Below are positions 1 through 13,896 of a DNA stretch of 64,000 nt, one piece after another. Positions within the stretch are counted from its first letter, which is position 1, and each line of letters starts with the position of its first letter. A model generated the notes under the pieces. The model worked only from the letters and a program-made list of their open reading frames with translations. It did not search any database and was not told where the DNA came from. Origin of the DNA: Candidatus Entotheonellaceae bacterium. Its GTDB lineage: Bacteria > Tectomicrobia > Entotheonellia > Entotheonellales > Entotheonellaceae. Position numbers and translations under genes: made by a program. Location: positions 1,728,001 to 1,792,000 of the forward strand of contig OZ250173.1 in NCBI GenBank assembly GCA_965238075.1, given 5' to 3'.

Positions 1-998
1 AACCGGTGCACGATACGCCGACGGTGACCGAATACATCCTGCGGCGCGCCGGCATCGCGTGCGGCACCCGACTCTACCCGGTGGGCGCCATAACCGCAGG
101 CTTGCAGGGCGAATCGCTGGCCGAAATCGGCGGCATGCACAGGGCCGGCATCGTGGCCCTATCGGATGCCCCCCAATCCGTCGGCAGTGCTCGCCTGATG
201 CGCCGCGCCATGGAATATGGCCGCATGTTCGACCTGCCGATCCTGTCGCATTGCGAGGATCGAGTACTCGCCGGCAACGGCGTCATGCACGAGGGCGTGG
301 CGTCCACCGTTCTGGGTCTGCCGGGGGTGCCGGCGGCAGCGGAAAGCATCATCGTGTACCGTGATATCCAATTGGCAACGCTGAGCGGCGCCCATCTGCA
401 CGTGCAGCACGCGAGCACGGCGGAAACGGTCAGGCTCCTGCGGTACGCCAAGGACCGGGGCTTGAACGTGACGGCGGAGACCTGTCCGCATTACCTGACG
501 CTGACCGATGAGGCCGTCAAGGGTTACGACACCAACAACAAGGTCAACCCACCGCTGCGCCCGTCGCCGGACGTCGAGGCAGTGCGGGCCGGGCTGCGGG
601 ACGGCACGATTGACGCCATCGCTTCCGACCACCTGCCGCAGCACGTGGCCGACAAGGAGCAGGATTACCTGGCGGCGGCGGCGGGCATGATCGGCCTGGA
701 AACCAGTGTCGGCCTGGCCCTGCGGCTGTACCATGACGGCCTGCTTTCCCTGCCGAAACTGGTTGCCGTCTACACGAGTCGCCCGGCCCACATTCTCGGC
801 CTGCCGCACGGCACGCTGCGAGTCGGTGAGCTGGCCGACATCACCCTGATCGATCCCGAGCACGAGGTCGAAGTTGACGCTGCCGCCTTGCACTCGCGCA
901 GCCAAAACACCCCGTTTCTGGGTTGGCGGTTGCGCGGTGCGGCGATGGCGACGATTGTCGAGGGGAGGATCATCTTTGAGCGCAAGCAGGGAGTGTGA
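1..998 (+). CDS. pyrC: Dihydroorotase (5' end outside window)
   Basis: SHCED, HVQH, ETCPHY, KVNPPLR and SDHxP motifs; directly upstream of carAB. Confidence 0.93.
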   Translation, partial: PVHDTPTVTEYILRRAGIACGTRLYPVGAITAGLQGESLAEIGGMHRAGIVALSDAPQSVGSARLMRRAMEYGRMFDLPILSHCEDRVLAGNGVMHEGVASTVLGLPGVPAAAESIIVYRDIQLATLSGAHLHVQHASTAETVRLLRYAKDRGLNVTAETCPHYLTLTDEAVKGYDTNNKVNPPLRPSPDVEAVRAGLRDGTIDAIASDHLPQHVADKEQDYLAAAAGMIGLETSVGLALRLYHDGLLSLPKLVAVYTSRPAHILGLPHGTLRVGELADITLIDPEHEVEVDAAALHSRSQNTPFLGWRLRGAAMATIVEGRIIFERKQGV

Positions 999-1004
999 AA
1001 CGCC

Positions 1005-2093
1005 ATGCGGGCCTTGTTAGTCTTGGCAGACGGAACGGTATTCGAGGGCAAGTCCTTCGGCGCGCCCGGAGAGGTTGCCGGAGAAGTGGTGTTCAACACC
1101 AGCATGACGGGCTACCAGGAAATCCTTACCGACCCGTCATACAAGGGGCAGATCGTCACCATGACGTATCCGCTCATCGGTAACTACGGCGTCAACCAGG
1201 AGGATTTCGAGTCGAGAAAGCCCTGGGCCGAGGGTCTGATTGTGAAGGAATGCAGCCCGGTGGTCAGCAACTGGCGCGCCCAGCAGAGCCTGCCCGACTT
1301 TATGCGCGAACACGACATCATTGGCATTGAGGGCATCGACACGCGCACGCTGACCCGCCGCTTGCGCGACCGCGGAGCCCAAGAGGGCATCATTTCGACC
1401 GTCGAGCTGGACCCTGACGTTTTGGTGGCGAGGGCGCGCGGCGTCCCGTCGATGAGCGGCCGGGATCTGGTAAAGGACGTCACTTGCGAAGCGCCATACG
1501 ACTGGACGGAAGACGCCCCAGCCTCTGCCACGCCGCTTGTCGTCGCCTACGACTACGGCATCAAGCACAACATCCTGCGCTACCTCACCCGCCGCGGCTG
1601 TCGTGTGCATGTGGTGCCGGCCAGCACCTCCGCCGATGCGGTGCTCGATCTGCAGCCGGACGGCGTTTTTCTGTCCAACGGCCCCGGCGACCCGGCAGCC
1701 CTGCCGGCGGCCATCGAACAGGTGCGACGGTTCATCGGCGTCAAACCGATCATGGGCATCTGCCTGGGCCATCAGATTCTCGCGCTCGCCAGCGGCGCCG
1801 AGACCGTTAAGCTGAAATTCGGACACCACGGCGGCAACCAACCGATCCGAGACCTGCACACCGAACGCGTCCTGATCACGGCGGAAAACCACGGTTTCGC
1901 CGTCGATCCGCGCACCCTGCCGGACGTCCTGGAAGTGACTCACATCAACCTGAACGACAACGTCGTCGAAGGCGTCAGGCACCGCGAGCTACCGGTTTTC
2001 TCGGTGCAGTTCCACCCGGAAGCGTCCCCTGGGCCGCACGACGCTGTTGACCTGTTTGAACCGTTTCTCACCAGTATGCGGCAAGGGAGTTGA
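1005..2093 (+). CDS. carA: Carbamoyl-phosphate synthase small subunit
   Basis: [39 protein letters not shown]. Confidence 0.98.
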   Translation: MRALLVLADGTVFEGKSFGAPGEVAGEVVFNTSMTGYQEILTDPSYKGQIVTMTYPLIGNYGVNQEDFESRKPWAEGLIVKECSPVVSNWRAQQSLPDFMREHDIIGIEGIDTRTLTRRLRDRGAQEGIISTVELDPDVLVARARGVPSMSGRDLVKDVTCEAPYDWTEDAPASATPLVVAYDYGIKHNILRYLTRRGCRVHVVPASTSADAVLDLQPDGVFLSNGPGDPAALPAAIEQVRRFIGVKPIMGICLGHQILALASGAETVKLKFGHHGGNQPIRDLHTERVLITAENHGFAVDPRTLPDVLEVTHINLNDNVVEGVRHRELPVFSVQFHPEASPGPHDAVDLFEPFLTSMRQGS

Positions 2094-2094
2094 A

Positions 2095-5418
<3,324 letters not shown>

Positions 5419-5429
5419 AAGGGGCCGCC

Positions 5430-6356
5430 GTGCCGAAGCCCGACTTGCGGGTGAACGTTGCCGGGTTGTGCCTGCAAAACCCTGTCATCGCGGCGTCGGG
5501 CACCTGTGGATACGGCGAAGAACTGCACCCCTTCGTTGACCTCGACCGCCTGGGCGGTGTGGTGGTGAAAGGCTTGTCGCTTGAACCGCGTCCCGGCAAT
5601 CCGGCGCCGCGGCTTGTCGAGACCACGGCCGGCATGCTCAACTCCGTCGGTCTCCAGAACGTCGGCATCGAGGCCTTCCTGCGCGACAAGCTGCCGCGTC
5701 TGCGGGGTTATCGCGCGAATATCGTGGTCAACTTCTTTGGTGATTCCCCGGACGAATACGCCGCGGTGGCGGCCCGTGCCAGTGAAGGGCAAGGCATTGC
5801 GGCTCTTGAAGCCAACATTTCCTGTCCCAACGTCCGGCACGGCGGCATGCTTTTCAGCAGTCATGCGCGTCTGACGGCAGAGGTCGTCGGAAAAATACGA
5901 CAAGCCACCCACCTGCCGCTGTGGGTCAAGCTCAGCCCGAATGTCACCGACATAACGGAAATCGCCCGCGCAGCCGAGGAGGCCGGCGCCGATGCGATCT
6001 CTCTGATCAATACAGTACTGGGCATGGCCATCGACCTGGAGGCGCGCCGGGCTGAGCTGCCACTCGGTTTCGGCGGTCTTTCGGGGCCGGCCATCAAGCC
6101 CATCGCGCTGCGCATGGTCTGGCAGGTATGCCAAGCGGTACGCATTCCTGTGGTTGGCATGGGCGGCATTATGAACGGCCGGGACGCGCTGGAATTTCTC
6201 CTGGCCGGCGCTGCGGCTTGCCAAGTGGGTACGGCAAGCTTCGCAGACCCCGCCGCCTGCCGAAAAATCGTATCCGAGATGGAAGACTATCTGCGGCGCC
6301 GCGGCATCGCCACGGCAGCCGAGCTTTGTGGCAAGCTGCAGACGCCAGCGGAGTAG
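5430..6356 (+). CDS. pyrD: Dihydroorotate dehydrogenase family 1B catalytic subunit
   Basis: NPVIAASG, MLNSVGLQN, NISCPN, KLSPNVTDI, GGLSGPAIKP; GTG start inferred. Confidence 0.95.
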   Translation: MPKPDLRVNVAGLCLQNPVIAASGTCGYGEELHPFVDLDRLGGVVVKGLSLEPRPGNPAPRLVETTAGMLNSVGLQNVGIEAFLRDKLPRLRGYRANIVVNFFGDSPDEYAAVAARASEGQGIAALEANISCPNVRHGGMLFSSHARLTAEVVGKIRQATHLPLWVKLSPNVTDITEIARAAEEAGADAISLINTVLGMAIDLEARRAELPLGFGGLSGPAIKPIALRMVWQVCQAVRIPVVGMGGIMNGRDALEFLLAGAAACQVGTASFADPAACRKIVSEMEDYLRRRGIATAAELCGKLQTPAE

Positions 6357-6502
6357 CAACCGGGACACGCGGCTTGCGCGTGCGGTTTCCTGGCAATGGC
6401 AATGCACATTTCAATCGTCTATAGTGCCTCGGTTATACTGATCCCCATCCTACCGAGTCCGCCCCGCTAGCGGCGTTGGGCGCCCACAAGAAAGTAGAAA
6501 AA

Positions 6503-7306
6503 ATGGTACCAGGACTGAGAGGAAACCCGAGCGGACAAAAGCGAGAAAAATCCGTTTTTCGCGAATACGCCGAATCGATCATTTTTGCCGTGGTTCTGGC
6601 TCTGATCCTGCGCCAGTTTGTCGTGCAGGCCTTCAAGATCCCCTCCGGTTCCATGGAGGACACCCTGCTCATCGGCGACCACATTCTGGTGAACAAATTT
6701 CTCTATCACCTCACCGACCCCAAACAATTCCACGTTATCGTCTTCCGATATCCTTGGGACGAGGAGCGCGACTTCATCAAGCGCATCATCGCGCTCCCCG
6801 GCGACAGGGTGGAAGTCCGAGACCGCCGGGTTTACGTGAACGGCGATGCGCTGGAGCAGGAATGGTACCTGCACGAGACGGCGTCCTTGGGGCACGAGAA
6901 CTTCGGACCGGTTGTCGTCCCGCGGGCGGGAGACACGGTTGAGATCCGGCAAGATCAGAATCTTTACCTCAACAGCGAACGTGTTCCTATTCCCTCCGGG
7001 ATGTTTTACCCACGCGACCATGGTCAGGCGATGGACGGTTTTCAGGTGTTCTACGGGCCGCTGTTCCCGCCCGGAACGACCCTGCGTCAGCCCGTCGGGC
7101 CGCTAGAGGTGGAGCACGATTACTACTTCACCCTAGGCGACAACCGCGGCAACAGCAGGGACAGCCGTTTCTGGGGCTTGGTGCGCAGCACGCGCATCAA
7201 GGGTAAAGCCTTCTTCATCTACTGGTCGTGGAACCGCGCCACCAGCTTTCCGGACTACATCCGTTGGGACAGGCTCGGCAAGTTGCTGCAACCGCCCTCG
7301 CTCTGA
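6503..7306 (+). CDS. lepB: Signal peptidase I
   Basis: One TM helix, IPSGSM (Ser), FIKR (Lys), GDNRGNSRDSRFWG; start approximate. Confidence 0.93.
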   Translation: MVPGLRGNPSGQKREKSVFREYAESIIFAVVLALILRQFVVQAFKIPSGSMEDTLLIGDHILVNKFLYHLTDPKQFHVIVFRYPWDEERDFIKRIIALPGDRVEVRDRRVYVNGDALEQEWYLHETASLGHENFGPVVVPRAGDTVEIRQDQNLYLNSERVPIPSGMFYPRDHGQAMDGFQVFYGPLFPPGTTLRQPVGPLEVEHDYYFTLGDNRGNSRDSRFWGLVRSTRIKGKAFFIYWSWNRATSFPDYIRWDRLGKLLQPPSL

Positions 7307-8130
7307 CAGGCGCCCCCATTCGACACCAATCGACGCAACGTCTCGCTGAGTTGGATAAATTGGGCAACAGGCAGTTCCTGCGCCCGTGCGTTGCTACCGA
7401 GGCCGAGGGCGGCGAAAGCCTGCGCGATAACGGCTTGACTGAGGGACGGATCGGGGAGGCTGAGGAGGTTGCCGCGCAGCAGCTTGCGGCGGTGGGCAAA
7501 GGCGTGCCGGACGACGCAGAAGAACAACTGCTCATCGTGGCTCTGCCACGGCAGTTCGGCGTAGGGCGTCAGGGTGATAACGGTTGAATCAACCGCGGGC
7601 ACGGGCGTGAAGGCGTGCGGTGAGACCTCGAAGCCGTGGTGCAAGGCGGCGTAATACTGGAAAAACACAGACGTGGCGCTGTACGCCGAGGAGTTGGGCT
7701 TGGCAAGCAGGCGAGCGGCGACTTCCTTTTGCAGCATGACGACGAGGCGGCTCAGCCGATGGCGGAAGCGAAAGAGTTGTGTCAGAATCGCCATCCCCGC
7801 TTGATACGGCAGATTGGCCACGACGACCAGGGGCTGCGGCAGTTGGTCGTAATCGTAAGCCCGCGCGTCAGCCTGGAGGATGTGAACGTGCGATGCAGCA
7901 GCGAACCGTTGCAGCATGGTCTGGGCGTAACGCGGATCGATCTCCAAGGCGTACAAAGCGGTCGCTTGGCGGGCCAGAGCGGTGGTGAGAATCCCCCGGC
8001 CCGGGCCGATTTCCAGCACGGTCTCGCCGGCCGCAAGGGCGGCAACGTGCATGATTTTTTCGACAACGAGCCGATCGCGCAAAAACACCTGCCCCAGGCG
8101 CTTGCGGCGATGCGAAATATGTCTTGCCAC
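7255..8130 (-). CDS. rsmA: 16S rRNA m6,2A1518/1519 dimethyltransferase
   Basis: LGQVFL, EIGPGRG, ANLPY, MLQKEVA, FTPVPAVDS, FAHRRK. Confidence 0.95.
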   Translation of the reverse strand: MARHISHRRKRLGQVFLRDRLVVEKIMHVAALAAGETVLEIGPGRGILTTALARQATALYALEIDPRYAQTMLQRFAAASHVHILQADARAYDYDQLPQPLVVVANLPYQAGMAILTQLFRFRHRLSRLVVMLQKEVAARLLAKPNSSAYSATSVFFQYYAALHHGFEVSPHAFTPVPAVDSTVITLTPYAELPWQSHDEQLFFCVVRHAFAHRRKLLRGNLLSLPDPSLSQAVIAQAFAALGLGSNARAQELPVAQFIQLSETLRRLVSNGGACQSEGGCSNLPSLSQRM

Positions 8131-8242
8131 GAGCCGTTTTCCCTTCCTTTTGTGGACCCGAAGCGATCCAAAAACCAGCGTTAACGGCAGTATAGCCGAT
8201 CCCGTGTAACCGACGCCCGACTCTGAGGCCGAAGGAACAGCC

Positions 8243-9460
8243 GTGAAAATCCATGAGTATCAGGCCAAGACGATCTTGCGAGAGCATGGTGTGCCCGTCC
8301 CGGCTGGGTCGTCGGCAGCTTCCGCAGCGCAGGCGAGACAAGTGGCCGAAACGCTTGGCGGCGAACGCTGGGTCGTCAAAGCGCAAATCCACGCCGGCGG
8401 GCGTGGCAAGGGCGGCGGTATCCGACGGGCCGCCAGCCTCGCGGAGGTGGAACAATACGCCGGGCAACTGCTGGGGAGCCGTCTGGTAACGCCGCAAACC
8501 GGTCCGCAAGGGCAGGAAGTGCGTCAGGTTCTCGTCGAGGAAGGCTGCGACATCGCCCAAGAGCTGTATTGCAGCCTGTTCATCGACCGCGCCGCCGGCC
8601 AGCCGGCCTTGATGCTCAGCCCCGCCGGGGGCATGGACATCGAAACGGTGGCGGCCGACCACCCGGAGAAAATCTTCCGTACCCACGTCGACGTACTGCT
8701 CGGCTTGGCCGACTTCCAGGTCCGTGGGCTGGTTGCCAATTTACCCGTCAATGCTGCGGCGCAACGCGCCTTGGCACCCCTGCTGCAGCAACTTTACGGC
8801 GTGTTCCGCGCCAAGGACTGCTCGCTGCTGGAGGTCAACCCGCTGATCCTGACGCCCGACGACCGCCCCGTCGTGCTCGATGCCAAGATGCAGTTCGACG
8901 ACAACGCCCTGTTCCGCCACGCCGACGTTGCGGCGCTGCGCGACCCCGCCGAGGAAGACCCGCTGGAAGTCGAGGCAGCCGCGTATGACCTGACGTACAT
9001 CAAACTCTCCGGCAACGTCGGCTGCATCGTCAACGGCGCCGGGTTGGCCATGGCTACGATGGACGTCATCAAGCTGGGCGGCGGCTCCCCGGCCAATTTT
9101 CTGGACGTCGGCGGCGCCGCTGATGCCGACAGGGTGGAAAACGCGTTTCGCATTCTGATGGCTGACCCGCACGTCAAGGCGGTGCTGATCAACGTCTTCG
9201 GCGGTATTCTGCGCTGCGACGTGTTCGCGGAAGGCGTGTTGCATGCGGTGTCCAAGGTAGCAGTCGAGGTTCCGGTGATTGTTCGCATTGCCGGCACGAA
9301 CGCCGAAGAAGGCCGGCGGTTATTCGCCGAATCGGGGCTGAATTTTCTGGTGGCGGACGACATGGCAGACGCTGCTGCCAAGGTGTCGCAAGTCATCCAT
9401 TCACCCCTCCCCAATCCCTCCCTCAAGGAAAGGGGCTTCATGGCGCAGGACGAAGCATGA
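8243..9460 (+). CDS. sucC: Succinyl-CoA synthetase beta subunit; C-terminus extended by a repeat
   Basis: [42 protein letters not shown]. Confidence 0.97.
   Translation: MKIHEYQAKTILREHGVPVPAGSSAASAAQARQVAETLGGERWVVKAQIHAGGRGKGGGIRRAASLAEVEQYAGQLLGSRLVTPQTGPQGQEVRQVLVEEGCDIAQELYCSLFIDRAAGQPALMLSPAGGMDIETVAADHPEKIFRTHVDVLLGLADFQVRGLVANLPVNAAAQRALAPLLQQLYGVFRAKDCSLLEVNPLILTPDDRPVVLDAKMQFDDNALFRHADVAALRDPAEEDPLEVEAAAYDLTYIKLSGNVGCIVNGAGLAMATMDVIKLGGGSPANFLDVGGAADADRVENAFRILMADPHVKAVLINVFGGILRCDVFAEGVLHAVSKVAVEVPVIVRIAGTNAEEGRRLFAESGLNFLVADDMADAAAKVSQVIHSPLPNPSLKERGFMAQDEA
9404..9435 (+). repeat. Family A element (A3) in the sucC 3' end
   Basis: CCCCTCCCCAA-TCCCTCCC-TCAAG-GAAAGGGG; encodes [11 protein letters not shown]. 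Confidence 0.8.
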
Positions 9461-10332
9461 GCATTCTGGTCGACGAAAACACCCGCCTGCTGGTGCAGGG
9501 CATGGGACGAGAAGGGCGGTTTCACGCCGAGCAGGCGGTGGACTACGGCACGCGCTACGTCGGCGGCGTGAATCCGGGCCGGGGCGGCGGCGCGGCCTTG
9601 GGGCGGCCGCTGTTCAACACGGTGGCCAGCGCCGTGGCCGACACCGGCGCCGACACCAGCATCATTTTCGTGCCCGCGCCGTTCGCGGCGGACGCCATCT
9701 GCGAGGCCATCGACGCCGGCATCGGCCTGATCGTCTGCATCACCGACGGTATTCCAGTGCTCGACATGGTCACCGTGCGACGCTACATGGCGGGCAAAGA
9801 CGCCACCCTGATCGGCCCCAATTGCCCGGGCGTCATTTCGCCGGGGAAGGCCAAGGTGGGCATCATGCCGGGACATATTCACCAACCCGGACGCGTCGGG
9901 GTGATCTCCCGCAGCGGCACGCTGACGTACGAGGCCGTGGCGCAACTCACGGCGCGCGGCATCGGCCAATCCACCTGCGTCGGCATTGGCGGCGACCCCA
10001 TCGGCGGTCTCAATTTCGTGCAGTGCTTGAGCCTGTTCGCGGCAGATGCGGACACCGACGTCATTGTTCTGATCGGAGAGATCGGCGGCTCAGCGGAGGA
10101 AGAAGCGGCCGCCTATATTGCGGAGCACGTCAGCAAGCCGGTGGTCGGATTTATCGCCGGACAGAGCGCGCCCGCGGGCCGGCGCATGGGGCACGCCGGG
10201 GCGATCGTCGACGGCGCCCGAGGCACCGCGGCCTCGAAAATTGCGGCTATGGAAGAAAACGGTCTCACGGTCGTCCGCAGCCCCGCCGGCATCGGCGCGG
10301 CAGTGGCGGACGTGTTGGACGGGAACACCTGA
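9457..10332 (+). CDS. sucD: Succinyl-CoA synthetase alpha subunit
   Basis: [29 protein letters not shown] (phospho-His); ATGA overlap with sucC. Confidence 0.97.
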   Translation: MSILVDENTRLLVQGMGREGRFHAEQAVDYGTRYVGGVNPGRGGGAALGRPLFNTVASAVADTGADTSIIFVPAPFAADAICEAIDAGIGLIVCITDGIPVLDMVTVRRYMAGKDATLIGPNCPGVISPGKAKVGIMPGHIHQPGRVGVISRSGTLTYEAVAQLTARGIGQSTCVGIGGDPIGGLNFVQCLSLFAADADTDVIVLIGEIGGSAEEEAAAYIAEHVSKPVVGFIAGQSAPAGRRMGHAGAIVDGARGTAASKIAAMEENGLTVVRSPAGIGAAVADVLDGNT

Positions 10333-10344
10333 AAGGGCAGAAAT

Positions 10345-10773
10345 TTGGAACGCACGCTAGCCATCATTAAACCGGACGCCGTGGGGCGCAACCTGGCCGG
10401 CAACATCATCGCACGCTTGCAAGGCGAGGGGTTCGTCGTGCTCGGGCTGAAAATGATCCGCCTCAGCCAGGACGACGCCAAGCGCTTTTACGCCGTACAC
10501 CGCGAGCGGCCGTTCTTCGACAGCCTGACCGCCTACATGGCGTCAGGGCCGATCATTCCGCTGCTGCTGCAACGCGATGAGGCCATCAAGACCTTGCGAG
10601 ACGTGATGGGCGCCACCGACCCGAGCCAAGCGGCGCCGGGCACCCTGCGGCAGGAATTCGGCGTTGACGTGGAGAAAAACTCCATCCACGGGTCCGATTC
10701 GCCCGCTTCGGCGGCGCAGGAAATCCCGTTCTTCTTCAGCCAACTGGCGTGTCACGAGGCAGAACCCCGCTGA
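10345..10773 (+). CDS. ndk: Nucleoside-diphosphate kinase
   Basis: ERTLAIIKPDAV, NSIHGSDS; TTG start. Confidence 0.97.
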   Translation: MERTLAIIKPDAVGRNLAGNIIARLQGEGFVVLGLKMIRLSQDDAKRFYAVHRERPFFDSLTAYMASGPIIPLLLQRDEAIKTLRDVMGATDPSQAAPGTLRQEFGVDVEKNSIHGSDSPASAAQEIPFFFSQLACHEAEPR

Positions 10774-11348
10774 CCTGCTGTTCCCACCTTGGTACGCGGG
10801 CGTCTCGCCAGCAAATCCCCTGACCTTCCTCACGCGGCCCCCTGCTTCATGCGCCGGGGAACCGGCGCCGTGGTCGGGACGCACTGTACACGACAAAAGT
10901 CATTAAGTAGTTGAAAGAATAGGTGTAACCTCCTATCGTGGAAGGTCTACCAAGCCTATCCACAACACCTGACGTGTCAGGAGATTACACCCATTAAGCA
11001 CTCTGCCAGACTCGCCGACCTGCTCCAATCCACCTTTGGCTTACACCGGGCTCGCGTCGCCTGTCTGGCCGCCCTTGTCATCGCCCTGTTCAGGGTCAAA
11101 ACCGTCAACCTCGCCCAACTCGCCACCGCCTTTCCGGGGACTGCCGAGATCGGCGCCTGCAACGCTTCTGCCAACACGTCCAACTCCAACCCGCGCGCGT
11201 GGTCACATTCGTGCTCGCTTTTCTACCCGACGCCCCCTACACCCTGACTCTCGATCGAACCCAGTGGATGCTTGGCAGGGTGCCCATCAACTTCCTCGTC
11301 CTGTCCGTCGTCCACGACGGCACCGCCTTCCCTCTTTTCTGGCGCGTC

Positions 11349-11372
11349 CCTGAATCAAGTTCAGGGCAGGCT
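11349..11372. repeat. Family B 24-bp element (B1), in frame in transposase
   Basis: CCTGAATCAAGTTCAGGGCAGGCT = PESSSGQA; removal restores WRVLAKRGNS. Confidence 0.88.
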
Positions 11373-11805
11373 CTGGCCAAAAGGGGCAACTCCAATACCC
11401 AGGAGCGCATCGAGTTGCTGGGTCAGTTCCTCACGGTGGTTGGGGGCGACAAGATTGACTGTCTGGTAGCTGACCGAGAGTTTATCGGCGCCACCTGGTT
11501 CGCCTGGCTCAGAGCCAACCACATCCCCTTGTGCATCCGAACACGACATGCGGGTCTCGCGGACAACCGGAGCCTTATCACCGGCGCGCAACTTTTTCAG
11601 AAGTCTTCCCCGTTCGACCTCGTGTTCCTTGATCGGCCCGCGTCTCGTTTGCGGCCACTGGCTTTGGGTAACCGGTCTGCGCTTGTCCTGTGGGGCTTAT
11701 TTGATCGTGGTGTCAAATCGTCCGGGTCATCGAGCCCTGGAGATGTATAAGCAGAGGTGGCAGATAGAGGTACTCTTCGAGGCGCTCAAATCAAGAGGCT
11801 TCAAC

Positions 11806-11829
11806 CCTGAATCGAGTTCAGGGCAGGCT
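11806..11829. repeat. Family B 24-bp element (B2), in frame in transposase
   Basis: CCTGAATCGAGTTCAGGGCAGGCT, 23/24 identical to B1; removal restores SRGFNFEETRL. Confidence 0.88.
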
Positions 11830-12054
11830 TTTGAGGAGACGCGCTTGAGAGATGCCAAGCGCTTGGAGACGTTATGTGGTGTGTTGGCGATAGCGTTTTG
11901 CTGGGCCTATCATGTAGGTGCTTGGTGGCATCGGCTCAAAGCGATCCCGCTCAAGACGCATCAGAGAGCCGCGAAAAGCCTGTTTCGCCATGGATTTGAC
12001 GGCATTCGCCAAGCCGTCCTTAATGTGACAGACAAGTGGGAGCAGTTTGAGCAG

Positions 12055-12077
12055 AGCCTGCCCCGACCCGATCCGGG
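12055..12077. repeat. Family B element (B3), 23 bp, opposite orientation, frameshifting
   Basis: AGCCTGCCCCGACCCGATCCGGG; removal gives EQFEQVLSLLWKVL...PT* ending just inside the right terminal repeat. Confidence 0.75.
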
Positions 12078-12219
12078 GTCCTCAGCCTGCTCTGGAAGGT
12101 GCTCACTTCGCCCAAAGCGCTTCTCCATCCACTCTACCCTACATAATTTTCGTGTACAGTGATCGCGACGTTCCCCTTCATCGTGTGGGAAAAGAAGGGC
12201 TGTCGTACTGGAGGAGGGG

Positions 12220-12615
12220 TCAGCCACTCAGCCCATCCAGCAGCCATTGCGGGAACCTCACCGGCCGTTGCTGGTCGTTGACACACATGTGCGTGGTAGT
12301 GCCGGAGGCCAGGAGTTGCTCCTGTCGGGTGACTTCGTAGGCATAGCACAGTTGGCGGGATTTCAGCTCCTGCACGCGGGTACGCACGGTGATTTCCTCA
12401 TCGTAACGCGCGGAAGCGGTCAGGCGGCACTGGAATTCGGTGACCGGGAAGTAATACCCGCGGCTTTCCAACTCGGTGTACGGCATGCCGACCGCCCGCA
12501 TGTATTCTGAACGGCCGCATTCAAACCACACCAGGTAATTGGCGTAGTAAACGATGCCCATCTGATCGGTCTCGGCGTACCGGGGGCGCAGGTGCAGGCT
12601 GACGATTCGTGACAT
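12220..12615 (-). CDS. Acyl-CoA thioesterase, YbgC/FadM hot-dog family
   Basis: RYAETDQMGIVYYANYLVWFECGR; ATG at 12615. Confidence 0.92.
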   Translation of the reverse strand: MSRIVSLHLRPRYAETDQMGIVYYANYLVWFECGRSEYMRAVGMPYTELESRGYYFPVTEFQCRLTASARYDEEITVRTRVQELKSRQLCYAYEVTRQEQLLASGTTTHMCVNDQQRPVRFPQWLLDGLSG

Positions 12616-12650
12616 GGGTTCGCTTTCCGCTCCGCAGGCGGCAGGGGTGG

Positions 12651-13793
12651 TTATTGGTCGTAGGTGATGCGGTAGATGACACCGGCGCGGTCGTCCGAAA
12701 CCAGCAGGGCGCCGTCGGGCATGACTAGCACGTCCACGGGGCGTCCCCACGCTTGCGCGCCGCGCAGCCAGCCGTCCACGAACACCTCGTACTCCTCAGC
12801 CTGGTCGCCCGCCAGTTTCACCCGCATGACGCGATAGCCGATCGGCGTGCTGCGATTCCAGGAGCCGTGCTGCGCCACGAAGATCTGATGCCGGTACGCC
12901 TCGGGAAACATGCTGCCTGTGTAAAACCGCATCCCCAACCCGGCGACGTGCGGGCCGAGGGCAACCACCGGCGACTCGAACTCCGAGCACGGCCGCTCGC
13001 TGCCGAATTTCGGGTCGGGAATTTTGCCCTCGTGGCAGTATGGAAAGCCGAAGTGCAGCCCGGGACGCGGGGCGTGGTTGAGTTCGTCCGAGGGGCGATT
13101 ATCGCCCAGCATGTCGCGGCCATTGTCGGTGAACCACAGCTCGTGGGTTTCCGGGTGCCAGTCGAATCCCACCGAGTTGCGCACCCCGCGGGCAAACGGT
13201 TCCAACCCGGTTCCGTCCGGGCGCATGCGGAGGATGGCGGCGTAGCGCGGGTCGTCGCTACGCTCGCACACGTTGCAGGGCGCGCCGACCGGTACATACA
13301 TCAGGCCGTCGGGGCCGAAGGCGATGAATTTCCAGCCGTGATGGCGGTCGTTGGGCAGGGTGTTGATAACCACTGAAGGCCGCGGCGGGCGGTCCAATCT
13401 GGCTTCGATGTCGTCGTAGCGGAGGATACGGCTCACCTCGGCCACGTACAGCGACCCGTCTCGGAAGGCAACACCGGTGGGCAGGTTCAACCCACGGGCA
13501 ATGGAGATGACGGTTTCGGCCTTGTGGTCGCCGTCGCGGTCCACAACGGCGTAAACTCGGCCCGCGCGGCGGCTGCCTACGAACACGACGCCGCTGGGGC
13601 TCAGGGCCATGGCGCGGGCGTTCGGGACGTCGTCGGCGTAGAGACTGATGGAAAACCCGGGCGGCAGGTTGAGAGTGTGCAGGGGCAGTTGCTTGGCCTC
13701 GACCGCCGTCGCGTATACGGCCACACAAAGGACGACAAGCACGCTGATATGGGCGCCAAGGCTGGGATGTGTTTTCCGTCGTAAAACTGACAT
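12651..13793 (-). CDS. Exported PQQ-dependent glucose/sorbosone dehydrogenase family beta-propeller protein
   Basis: Signal peptide; FGPDGLMYVPVGAPCNVC, GVRNSVGFDW, HGSWNRS, GRPVDV, LLVSDD. Confidence 0.88.
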   Translation of the reverse strand: MSVLRRKTHPSLGAHISVLVVLCVAVYATAVEAKQLPLHTLNLPPGFSISLYADDVPNARAMALSPSGVVFVGSRRAGRVYAVVDRDGDHKAETVISIARGLNLPTGVAFRDGSLYVAEVSRILRYDDIEARLDRPPRPSVVINTLPNDRHHGWKFIAFGPDGLMYVPVGAPCNVCERSDDPRYAAILRMRPDGTGLEPFARGVRNSVGFDWHPETHELWFTDNGRDMLGDNRPSDELNHAPRPGLHFGFPYCHEGKIPDPKFGSERPCSEFESPVVALGPHVAGLGMRFYTGSMFPEAYRHQIFVAQHGSWNRSTPIGYRVMRVKLAGDQAEEYEVFVDGWLRGAQAWGRPVDVLVMPDGALLVSDDRAGVIYRITYDQ

Positions 13794-13896
13794 GAAACCT
13801 CCGGAGCGCCGCGGCGCCGATTCGTCAAGATTGAGTCATCGAGGGTTGGAAACGATTGCAGTCCATGTTAGCGCGTTCGGTCAGCCGCTCGCAAAC

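Larger units (their letters stand above)
10993..12146 (+). pseudogene. IS4-family DDE transposase pseudogene
   Basis: Fragments in different frames: VKTVNLAQLA, RRLQRF, LDRTQW, KRGNSN, ADREFIG, YKQRWQIEVLFEALKSRGFN; probable start eroded to ATT; frame switches near 11150, 11540 and 12055-12077. Confidence 0.88.
10882..12161 (+). mobile_element. Decayed IS4-family element, ISAba1-like, 1280 bp
   Basis: Left end CACTGTACACGACAAAA, right end TTTTCGTGTACAGTG (12-bp perfect inverted repeat); flanking 9-mers GTCGGGACG / ATCGCGACG match at 7/9; transposase remnants inside. Confidence 0.9.
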
